Positions 1 to 7,438 of a DNA stretch of 19,710 nucleotides are shown one piece after another (the stretch's first letter is position 1; each line of letters opens with the position of its first letter). Under the pieces are notes generated by a model, which saw only the letters and a program-made list of their open reading frames with translations, searched no databases and was not told the DNA's origin. Origin of the DNA: Nitrospirota bacterium (GTDB taxonomy: Bacteria; Nitrospirota; UBA9217); assembly GCA_963749655.1 (NCBI GenBank), contig CAVVOB010000036.1, positions 1-19,710 of the forward strand, in the 5' to 3' direction. The translations under genes were made by a program, and so were the position numbers.

Positions 1-83
1 GGGGTTGTAAGAATTGCGGATTGCGGAATAGAGGGCCCTTCCATATTAGCATTAACGTCGAAAAGCAACGACGGACTTCTGTC

Positions 84-249
84 TCTCGCAAAGCCGCCAA
101 GCACGCAAAGACGGCAACGACAGAAGCAGGAGAAAGACTGTTGGAATTGCGAAGACCTTAGATAAAGTTCTTGTTATCCATTCTGTTCAACACGGCATGC
201 TGTTGTTATGAGGCGTTAGCTTTCTTTGCGCCTTTGCGTCTTTGCGAGA
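84..249. repeat. Imperfect inverted-repeat (REP/MITE-like) element with 8-9 bp periodic CGCAAAG arms
   Basis: Left arm TCTCGCAAAGCCGCCAAGCACGCAAAGA (84-111). The right arm TCTTTGCGCCTTTGCGTCTTTGCGAGA (223-249) has reverse complement TCTCGCAAAGACGCAAAGGCGCAAAGA. Intergenic. Confidence 0.75.
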
Positions 250-347
250 AAAATGCTTTTATTGTGGATTCGTTGTTCATTTTCTATAAAGGGTAAAATG
301 TATTTTCAACTAAAATGCGAAAGAGCCAATCATGATGAGGTGAGAAC

Positions 348-1247
348 ATGATCCTGGTAACCGGAGCAACGGGTTTTGTCGGCAGTCATCTGGTGAAGCG
401 TCTGGCCAAGGAGGGACTGAAGGTCCGCGCCGTGACCAGAACTCCCGCAAAGGCGCAGTACCTGGCAGACCTGGGCGTCGAGGTCGTTCCCGGTGACATA
501 TCCGATCCGGCATCGCTCGAAGCAGCTGCGAAGGGCTGCGATACGGTCGTCCACCTTGTCGGCATCATCCAGGAGGGCAGGGGCTTCACCTTCCGGAGCG
601 TTCATGTCGAGGGCACAGGTCACGTCCTGGACGCGGTGAAGAAGGCGGGCGTCGGTCACGTTGTGTACCAGAGCGCCCTGGGCACGCGGGAGAACGCCAA
701 GAGCGAATACCACCGGACCAAGTGGGAGGCTGAGAAACTGGTCAGGGCCGGCGGGATACCCTTCACCATTCTCCGTCCTTCGCTCATCTACGGCCCCGGC
801 GACCTGTTCACCATCCGGCTTGCCGAGATGATCAGGCTCTCGCCGGTCCTTCCGGTGATCGGCACGGGCAGGTCGAAGATCCAGCCGATATATATAGGAG
901 ATGTTGCTTCGTGTATCGTGAAGATCATTGCCGGTAAACAGCACAGGGGAAAGACCTATGAGATCGGCGGGCCGGAAGAGCTCACCTATGAAGAGGTGAC
1001 GAAGGCCATCGCGGAGGCCTTGGGCGTGAAACGGCCCGTGGTGCATATGCCGCTGTTCTTCATGCGGACTATGGCAAGGGTTGCCGAAACGGTCCTGCCT
1101 AAAGCCCCGGTCACCACGGACCAGCTTATCATGCTGCAGGAGGACAATGTTTGTGACCTGAAGGATATCCGGGAGGTCTTTGGGATCGAGCCGGTGGAGT
1201 TCCGGGCGGGGCTGGCGAGGTTCCTGGGGAAGATGAAGGACCTTTAG
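348..1247 (+). CDS. NAD(P)-dependent epimerase/dehydratase, atypical SDR (complex I NDUFA9-like family)
   Basis: N-terminal Rossmann motif ILVTGATGFVG, YHRTK (YxxxK), RPSLIYGPGD, QPIY and EIGGPE motifs; 299 aa; GAGG RBS upstream. Confidence 0.9.
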   Translation: MILVTGATGFVGSHLVKRLAKEGLKVRAVTRTPAKAQYLADLGVEVVPGDISDPASLEAAAKGCDTVVHLVGIIQEGRGFTFRSVHVEGTGHVLDAVKKAGVGHVVYQSALGTRENAKSEYHRTKWEAEKLVRAGGIPFTILRPSLIYGPGDLFTIRLAEMIRLSPVLPVIGTGRSKIQPIYIGDVASCIVKIIAGKQHRGKTYEIGGPEELTYEEVTKAIAEALGVKRPVVHMPLFFMRTMARVAETVLPKAPVTTDQLIMLQEDNVCDLKDIREVFGIEPVEFRAGLARFLGKMKDL

Positions 1248-1322
1248 ACACAGAAGATGCGGATTGAAAGGGCGGATAAAGGCGGATTATTCTACCAGCC
1301 AGAAAAAACCACACCTTTTTTC

Positions 1323-1455
1323 ACCGCAGAGGACGCAGAGGGAAAAGCAAGGCGAGGAAATCGAAGGCCTTTTGTCTGTTATTAAAACCGTAAGAAAAAG
1401 AACCGCATTTGACGTTGTCGTCCTCGCAGTTGCTGTCCTCTGCGTCCTCTGCGGT
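1323..1455. repeat. Perfect 19-bp inverted-repeat (REP/MITE-like) element
   Basis: ACCGCAGAGGACGCAGAGG (1323-1341) and CCTCTGCGTCCTCTGCGGT (1437-1455), flanked by TTTT/AAAA; 9-bp internal periodicity similar to the 84-249 element. Confidence 0.8.
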
Positions 1456-1571
1456 AAAACGAGGCCTCTGACGTCGCTTGTTTTTGGATGTGTCCAAAAT
1501 TCTATTGCCGGGATCATGCCCCTTCATAGCTTTTTCAGTGTCCCCAGTGTCAAAAAGAGATTGTTCAGGCA

Positions 1572-1580
1572 TGGTATAAT
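1572..1580 (+). promoter_or_regulatory. Extended -10 promoter element (TGgTATAAT) for the GNAT gene
   Basis: TGGTATAAT lies 30 nt upstream of ATG 1610 and is followed by a GAGGAGG RBS. Confidence 0.5.
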
Positions 1581-1609
1581 TGATTCATCAGGTTATGAGG
1601 AGGGGGGCC

Positions 1610-2149
1610 ATGGAGACGATAAAAAAGTTCACGGCGAAGAACGGCGTGGAGATCAGCATCAGGCCCGCGCAAACTGATGACTCCTGCGCCATCATCGATA
1701 CGGTCAGGTCGAACGCCAACGAGCGCAGCTACGTCCTCATGGAACACTACGGCAAGGACGACGCCTCGGAACGGGACTATATCGGCCATCTCGACACTGC
1801 GAAGAACCTGCTCATCGTCGCGGAAGCAGGCGGCGATGTCGTCGGCTGCCTTGCGGCCCTGCAGGCCGATGGCGGGAGGCGGCCGGAGACCACCCACCTC
1901 CTCCACCTGGGGCTGCACCTCCGGGAGGCGTACCGGGGTATCGGTATCGGGACGCACCTGCTCGACTACGCGGTCGCCTGGGCCGTTGAGAAAGGATTCA
2001 AGAAACTGGAGGCGAACATCTTCACGACCAACAAGCACTCCCTGGGCATGTTCACGACGGCCGGTTTTGTCGAAGAGGGCGTGCGGAAGAACCGGATCCA
2101 GGTGGGAAGGGAATTGATCAGCGAAGTGCTGATGGGAAAGGTGTTGTAG
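1610..2149 (+). CDS. GNAT family N-acetyltransferase
   Basis: Acetyl-CoA motif A YRGIGIGTHLL and C-terminal N..S..MF..AGFVEEG. Start moved to ATG 1610 behind a strong GAGGAGG RBS (179 aa). Confidence 0.9.
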   Translation: METIKKFTAKNGVEISIRPAQTDDSCAIIDTVRSNANERSYVLMEHYGKDDASERDYIGHLDTAKNLLIVAEAGGDVVGCLAALQADGGRRPETTHLLHLGLHLREAYRGIGIGTHLLDYAVAWAVEKGFKKLEANIFTTNKHSLGMFTTAGFVEEGVRKNRIQVGRELISEVLMGKVL

Positions 2150-2220
2150 CGGGTCAGGAACCATCCAACTGGCAACGGATAAAGTCTGTTAGCCGTCTTT
2201 CCGAGTGCGATCCTTTGGTT

Positions 2221-2250
2221 TGTCATTGCGAGCGAAAGCGAAGCAATATC
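2221..2250 (+). repeat. Half copy of a GTCATTGCGAG...GAAGCAAT REP-like element
   Basis: TGTCATTGCGAGCGAAAGCGAAGCAATATC resembles the left arm of the complete palindrome at 6474-6556. Confidence 0.6.
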
Positions 2251-2297
2251 GTCTTTTCGTTTCTGCGCCATCCCCGAAAAATACCCTACCGCGCTTC

Positions 2298-2325
2298 TTG
2301 ACAATTTCCGGATTGCTTCTATAAT
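2298..2325 (+). promoter_or_regulatory. Consensus sigma70 promoter
   Basis: TTGACA (2298-2303), 16 bp spacer, TATAAT (2320-2325); both hexamers are perfect. Confidence 0.7.
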
Positions 2326-2693
2326 CGTAACCACTCCAACACGAACCGTTGACTTCCTTTCCGGCAGCACATTCTTTTTCGAAATCTTTATTAATCAGGC
2401 GCTTTATTAGGCAGGGCTTGCGAAGCTTATTTGTCAGGCAATATTAATAAGCATTGTTTCTAAACTTATATTGCTATTAGATCGAAACAACCGACCTTGG
2501 AGACTCTGCGAGTTGAAGACCGGCTTAGTACAGCGGATTTACCTGTTGTGCAACAGTAGTGCCCGACCCCAAGTAAGTTCGTTTGAAGTATTACTATCTG
2601 ATCTAGCACACAGAAGTCGAGCATCAATTTTGCAGGCTATTAAATAACAGAATTTCGTGCTTTACTAGCCGCACGCGGCTAGATATACACTTG

Positions 2694-3561
2694 TTAGCAA
2701 TGCCCTTCGTATTTTGAGGCAACATGATAATTCTTGGTGACGAAACTGGAAAAACACTCCAAATTGAAGACAAAACATTGCTTGTCTTTATCGATGAAAC
2801 TGGCACCGAAGGGCAAAAAGATCCTACGTATCCAATTTTTGGAATGGGTGGATGTATGGTTCCCTCATCCAAATATTCCGCAAATATTAGGAAGCCTTGG
2901 TTGTTTCTAAAAAACAAGGAATTTAATGGAGAAATGGTTTCTTTGCACGCTACTGATTTAGTAAAGCAAAAACCGTCAAAACACCAAATCGACATCTTGA
3001 ATAAATTTTTTTCTTCATGTGCATTTGGAAGATTCGCTACTGTTATTTCAGATAAGACTGTCTTGAATACAAAAGAGAGACCTTATCATATAATCGTTGC
3101 AAGTCTTTTCCAGAGGATAAGCGTTATTGCCGCTAATTCAGAATTCGAAGATATTATAATCATTGTTGAAGAGACCCAAAGTTCTGATAATCTGAATCGT
3201 GACTTTTTCGGCCGATATAAAATTCGCAAAAATGGAATAGATGTGCCAACCAAGACATTCAAAATGCCTAAAAAGATGTGTGAGCCTGGACTTGAAGTCG
3301 CTGATTTTATTATACATACAGCCGGAACTGGAGTGAGAGATCGACTAGCAGGAAAAAGAACAAAAGAAAATGAAAGACCTGATTTCGAAAATATCTTTAC
3401 GAAAATAGATTCTCGACTTTCGAGCTTTATGGAAATTACACAAGTATCTGACATTCCACCTTTCAATACATGAGCGGCTAACAATCGGGTCAACCTGACC
3501 GCGAGAAGCGCGGTGGCGCTACGCGCGGGAAGGTCGTTGGCGCGGCAGGTTACCCGAAACG
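2694..3561 (+). mobile_element. Integron gene cassette (solitary; no intI in window) carrying a DUF3800-like gene
   Basis: The 5' core site G^TTAGCA (2693-2699) is complementary at 6/7 positions to the attC inverse core GGCTAAC (3476-3482). A single AT-rich ORF fills the unit and a canonical attC closes the 3' end. Confidence 0.75.
2724..3473 (+). CDS. DUF3800-like protein (predicted RNase H-like acidic fold)
   Basis: LVFIDETG near the N-terminus, LHATD, central IIVEE and C-terminal GLEVADFI match the DUF3800 pattern (xDESG...H...QxAD-like); GAGG RBS at 2716-2719; AT-rich codons. Confidence 0.75.
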   Translation: MIILGDETGKTLQIEDKTLLVFIDETGTEGQKDPTYPIFGMGGCMVPSSKYSANIRKPWLFLKNKEFNGEMVSLHATDLVKQKPSKHQIDILNKFFSSCAFGRFATVISDKTVLNTKERPYHIIVASLFQRISVIAANSEFEDIIIIVEETQSSDNLNRDFFGRYKIRKNGIDVPTKTFKMPKKMCEPGLEVADFIIHTAGTGVRDRLAGKRTKENERPDFENIFTKIDSRLSSFMEITQVSDIPPFNT

Positions 3562-3567
3562 TTCCTG
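3476..3567 (+). mobile_element. attC recombination site
   Basis: R'' GGCTAAC, 5-bp spacer AATCG, L'' GGTCAACC pairing with L' GGTTACC (3548-3554) with one extra C, a second extrahelical A (TGACCGCG vs CGCGGCA), 6-bp spacer CGAAAC, R' GTT (3561-3563). Starts 2 nt after the stop codon. Confidence 0.88.
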
Positions 3568-3607
3568 CGATTGGGAAGCGCCCCATTATATGAGAAAGAG
3601 ACAAGTC

Positions 3608-4120
3608 ATGAAACGGATAACTGACTTCCCGAACATTTCTAAAGAAATGAAAGCGCTGTACAGAAAATTTATGCGCTCAGGGAATTTTGAGGAAATTATG
3701 CCTCATATCGACAAATTTCTTAATAAATATCCGTACTACACGGAAGCTTTAATTTTCAAGGCAAGAGCATTGATGGCCCTCGGTCGCAACAATGATGCTC
3801 TGAAATGCATAAAGATCGCAAAACGAATTAATAAGCTGCAGTTGATCGGTCGTTTTGACGAAGCAGAAATTTACCTCGAAAAAAGAAAAAACGCGGATTC
3901 GATCAAAGCCTATGTGGACGCTGTAAAAGCATATGCTATTGAATTGAAAGACGGTATGGATAGTTACTATCTGTGCTGCAATTCTGAAAGCAAAAAGAAG
4001 ATAAGAAGTTTAACACAGAAGGCATTGGCTGACTTCTTTGCTCACGACGAGAAAAATAAACCATTTGATAAGCTTCAAAAAAGTTTCATGAAAATGAAAA
4101 ATAGGTTTCATGACTACTAA
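3608..4120 (+). CDS. Tetratricopeptide-repeat-like hypothetical protein
   Basis: TPR-like helices (YPYYTEALIFKARALMALGRNNDALKCI; AEIYLEKRKNADSIKAY); Lys-rich and AT-rich; alternative ATG at 3590. Confidence 0.65.
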   Translation: MKRITDFPNISKEMKALYRKFMRSGNFEEIMPHIDKFLNKYPYYTEALIFKARALMALGRNNDALKCIKIAKRINKLQLIGRFDEAEIYLEKRKNADSIKAYVDAVKAYAIELKDGMDSYYLCCNSESKKKIRSLTQKALADFFAHDEKNKPFDKLQKSFMKMKNRFHDY

Positions 4121-4306
4121 ATAGAAACAAGGGAGCATATTGGGGTCAGGCTTAGGTAATTAGGTATAGACCATCCCGGGTCTGCCTTTAGAATCGACAT
4201 TCTAACTATCTCGGGTAAATGAAATTGGGGGCCGCCACGGTCAGACATGATTTTTGGCTACAGGCAATAAAAATACGACACATCGATTAAATAGCAGGTA
4301 GTGAAC

Positions 4307-5593
4307 ATGAAGCGATTTGACGGTCTAATAATTCTACTGCTGTCGGTTCTCCAAGTGACCTCATATTCCGCCTCGGCGAACGCGTTCGAAGACATCGAGC
4401 GACGTCGCGACCAGTTCGAGACGGACTTCGCTTATTTCCTCTATCCCATCGCATCGAAGATTCCCGGGCTCGGCACCGCGCAAGGGGGCGGCGCAACGGT
4501 CGTGAACATCGGCGGAACCAATGCCGATTTTACCGGCTTCAAACTGGTCGGCGATTTCGAGGCGTCCGGTTACGCCCTCCTCGATGTGCACGTGATCCCG
4601 AGACGTCTGATGTTCGATTTCGGATACTACGATTTCGAGGTCGCGCCGATCGCGTACAAACGGGGGATAAACTCCGACCGGAACGACTACATCCTTCCCA
4701 AGGCGAAGGGCTCCTACGCCATTCTTCAAACCACACTCTCGTTCAAGGAACGCATGTTCGAGGTGTATCTGCGTGAGCTGCGGGGATCGCAGCGGCTGCT
4801 CAGCGTTTCGGACAGGAACGGAAACGCCTTTGAAACGTTCGATACCAGCAAGCACGGCGCGCGGGTGGACACGGTCGGCGGGATCATCGACCTGACAGAC
4901 GACAGGCTCGATCCCCGGAGGGGCATCCGTTTCGAAGCGGACGCGAAGTTTCCCGCCATTGACGATCCGAACCTCAGCAAGTACTTCGTGGCGGACTACA
5001 ATCTGACCGGGTACATTCCGTTCCGGAAGTGGGACACGCTGGTGTTCAATCTGTTCCGATCCGACGCCCATGTTACCCGCGAGGCGAGCACGGATTTTGC
5101 CGAGCTGCAAAAGCAGATCGGTCTCGGGTGCGCTCAGGTCCCCGCGGGGCCCGACCACGACCAGTGTGTCGCGACCGAAGCGTCACTGATCAACGCGCGG
5201 ATCGCCGAGAACCAGCACGGCAACGCGACATCGCTGGGCGGGACGCAGAGGCTGCGGTCGTTCGACGGCGGCCGCTTTTACGCGGGCCACACGTTCTTCT
5301 ACGGCATGGAGTACCGCCTGAACCTGACCGATGAACGGACGCCGTTCAATATCATCATCGCAAAAGGGGTCCGCACCGGCATCCAACTGGCTTTTTTCGC
5401 GGAGCAGGGCACTGTCTACGACTCCCGGGTGGACCAATGGAAGAACATGAAGACCTCGTACGGGGCCGGACTGCGGATCGTGATGTCCGGCGTGATCATC
5501 AGGGCAGACGTAGCGCGCGGTAGTGAGGGAGGCACATTTATCATCTTCATCAACTATCCCTGGAGCATGTTCTCGGTGGACAGTCCGGGATGA
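4307..5593 (+). CDS. Omp85/BamA-TamA family outer-membrane beta-barrel protein without POTRA domains
   Basis: Signal peptide (...SYSASA|NA), amphipathic beta strands, DLTDDRLDPRRG, loop motif LGGTQRLRSF (VRGF-like) and terminal strands SYGAGLR...IIRADVARG. An alternative GTG start lies at 4301. Confidence 0.75.
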   Translation: MKRFDGLIILLLSVLQVTSYSASANAFEDIERRRDQFETDFAYFLYPIASKIPGLGTAQGGGATVVNIGGTNADFTGFKLVGDFEASGYALLDVHVIPRRLMFDFGYYDFEVAPIAYKRGINSDRNDYILPKAKGSYAILQTTLSFKERMFEVYLRELRGSQRLLSVSDRNGNAFETFDTSKHGARVDTVGGIIDLTDDRLDPRRGIRFEADAKFPAIDDPNLSKYFVADYNLTGYIPFRKWDTLVFNLFRSDAHVTREASTDFAELQKQIGLGCAQVPAGPDHDQCVATEASLINARIAENQHGNATSLGGTQRLRSFDGGRFYAGHTFFYGMEYRLNLTDERTPFNIIIAKGVRTGIQLAFFAEQGTVYDSRVDQWKNMKTSYGAGLRIVMSGVIIRADVARGSEGGTFIIFINYPWSMFSVDSPG

Positions 5594-5699
5594 GAGCGCT
5601 GGTCATAGGGCCGGACAAGGCAACTTGAGATCCGACGCCGCGGGAGGTCGCTTTCTTGAAGGGAGCTACCGGCTCCTGCCGGTGGGGCTCTACTGCACC

Positions 5700-5735
5700 G
5701 TTGTAAATTCTAGCGCAAAATGATACCATTACAAC
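5700..5735 (+). promoter_or_regulatory. TA operon promoter framed by an inverted repeat (putative operator)
   Basis: TTGTAA (5701-5706), 17 bp, TACCAT (5724-5729) with an extended TG; inverted repeat GTTGTAA (5700-5706) / TTACAAC (5729-5735); AAGGAGG RBS follows. Confidence 0.5.
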
Positions 5736-5757
5736 AGTCACAATAAGGAGGTAAGGC

Positions 5758-5979
5758 ATGCGCGTTAAAGACCTTCCTGAAATATCGAAATTAAGCACAC
5801 CTGAAAAGATCCTGCTGGTCGAAGATCTTTGGGACAGCATCTCTTCGGATGAATCGTCCGTTATTGTGCCGGAGAGTCATAAGACCGCACTGGACAAACG
5901 GTTCGAACGGTATCGATCTGCGCCTGGCGCACTCCTGTCTCTTGACGACCTCCGAGCGAGAATAGAAAAGCGAAAATGA
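5758..5979 (+). CDS. Putative addiction module antitoxin component (TIGR02574-like)
   Basis: 73 aa with the LS..EKILLVEDLWDSI...H...LD.R signature; ATGA overlap with the downstream toxin gene. Confidence 0.85.
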   Translation: MRVKDLPEISKLSTPEKILLVEDLWDSISSDESSVIVPESHKTALDKRFERYRSAPGALLSLDDLRARIEKRK

Positions 5980-6281
5980 CATACTCGCTTCGTTTTCTGC
6001 CTGAGGTCGAGGAAGATGCGATCGGCGGCTATTCGTGGTACGAAACGAAGTCAACTGGACTTGGCGAAGAGTTTCTTCGAATGTTTTACGCCAGTGCTGG
6101 TGATATCCCCCACAACCCCCTCCTGTACCAGAAAGTTCATAACGACTTCAGACGCTGCCTGCTCAGGCGCTTTCCTTACGCCATCTATTTCATGATCAAC
6201 AACGACGAGATCATCGTAACCGGCCTTTTTCACTGCGCGCGCGATCCCCGCATTGTTGGATCAAACCTGCGGAACCGGTAA
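5976..6281 (+). CDS. Type II toxin, RelE/ParE family
   Basis: 101 aa with WYE..STGLGEEF, RRCLLRRFPYAIYF and LFHCARDP, typical ParE-like motifs; translationally coupled to the antitoxin. Confidence 0.88.
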   Translation: MTYSLRFLPEVEEDAIGGYSWYETKSTGLGEEFLRMFYASAGDIPHNPLLYQKVHNDFRRCLLRRFPYAIYFMINNDEIIVTGLFHCARDPRIVGSNLRNR

Positions 6282-6473
6282 GAAACTTCACCAGCCCTCC
6301 TGATTGCCCCAAGCTGTTCCTCTGAAGCGCTCGACTTTGTGACATAGCCCACCGCTCCCGTCTTGATCGCCGGTCCGCCTGCAACTCCTCACTTGATAAA
6401 TAGAACCTTTGTCGTTTTGATATAATAAAAATATAACAGCATCTGCTATTATGTATGAACGCATTTAATATTG

Positions 6474-6556
6474 TGTCGTTGCGAGGAGTTGGCGACGAAG
6501 CAATCCCGTATTTACTACGAGATTGCCGCGCTCCCCTTGGGTCGCTCGCAAAGACA
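6474..6556. repeat. Complete REP-like nested palindrome
   Basis: Outer arms TGTCGTTGCGAG / CTCGCAAAGACA (11/12) and inner arms GCAATCCCGTA / TACGAGATTGC (10/11); related half copy at 2221-2250. Confidence 0.75.
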
Positions 6557-6624
6557 GCGCAACAAAACTTTATGCGTTATTAATAAAGTCAGGGCACAGG
6601 TCGAGAGGTTTTGGAGGGCAGTAC

Positions 6625-7404
6625 ATGAATAAAGTCACCGCGTTCGTCGGCACTGCCCGCAAGCAGCACACGTATTACGCGGTTCGCCGGTTCCTGGACA
6701 ACCTGAAGACGCTCGGTGACGTCGAGTGCGAGATCGTCGCTCTCACTGACCACCGGGTGGAGCTGTGCAGGGGCTGCAAGAACTGCTTTCGGAAGGGCGA
6801 GGAGTTCTGCCCCCTGAAGGATGACCGGGACGTGCTCATCGAGAAGATGATGATGTCGGACGGCGTGGTCTTCGCGACCCCGAACTATTCGTATCAGGTT
6901 TCCGCGGCCATGAAGATGTTCCTCGACAGGCTCGGCTTTCTGTTCCATCGTCCGCGTTTCTTCGGCAAGACCTTTACGAGCATCGTGGCCCAGGGTATCT
7001 ACGGCGGGTCGAAGGTAGTGAAGTACCTGGACTTCGTGGGCATGGGTCTCGGTTTCAACGTGGTCAAGGGCAGTTGTACGACCGCCCTCGACCCGATGAG
7101 TGGGAAGGAACGAGGAAAGATCGACAGCATCACTGAAGAGCACAGCAGGAGGTTCCACTTCGGACTGTCGCAGCCGCAGTATCCCGTTCCCTCGCTCTTT
7201 AAGCTTTGGGGCTTCCGGGCGGCCCGGACGAGCATGCGGGTGATGCTCGACGAAACCTCCCGCGACTTTACGTACTACCGGGACAAGGGCTGGTTCGAAG
7301 ACGACTACTTCTATCCCGTTCGTTTGAATATGTTCAAGAAGGCTGCCGGAAGCATGGTCGACTACATTACGGCGCGAAGTCTGAAGAAGCAGTCCAGCTT
7401 GTAG
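6625..7404 (+). CDS. Flavodoxin-like / iron-sulfur flavoprotein (NADPH-dependent FMN reductase family)
   Basis: GTARKQHT FMN-binding loop, CRGCKNC...C (Isf-type Cys cluster), ATPNY and MKMFLDR; true start ATG 6625 after GGAGG. Confidence 0.88.
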   Translation: MNKVTAFVGTARKQHTYYAVRRFLDNLKTLGDVECEIVALTDHRVELCRGCKNCFRKGEEFCPLKDDRDVLIEKMMMSDGVVFATPNYSYQVSAAMKMFLDRLGFLFHRPRFFGKTFTSIVAQGIYGGSKVVKYLDFVGMGLGFNVVKGSCTTALDPMSGKERGKIDSITEEHSRRFHFGLSQPQYPVPSLFKLWGFRAARTSMRVMLDETSRDFTYYRDKGWFEDDYFYPVRLNMFKKAAGSMVDYITARSLKKQSSL

Positions 7405-7438
7405 GCGTGGAAGGACCCGAAGTCAAAGGAGGCGCACT

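Noticed and set aside
1264-1677. 137-aa plus-strand ORF and overlapping minus-strand ORFs
   Set aside because: They run through the inverted-repeat element (PQRTQR / LCVLCG are translations of the arms) and overlap the GNAT gene out of frame.
2188-2195. GTTAGCCG, an 8/8 complement of CGGCTAAC at the attC inverse core, as an alternative cassette 5' boundary
   Set aside because: It lies in a hairpin just after the GNAT stop (likely terminator) and would put a REP copy and ~530 nt of noncoding DNA inside the cassette. The site at 2693, next to the RBS, fits better. Not fully excluded.
5594-5700. Possible degenerate attC between the Omp85 gene and the TA pair
   Set aside because: No RYYYAAC inverse core or paired L boxes; only a simple GC hairpin (ACCGGC/GCCGGT).
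6523-6624. N-terminal extension of the flavoprotein ORF
   Set aside because: It derives from the REP palindrome; the RBS and family N-terminus point to ATG 6625.
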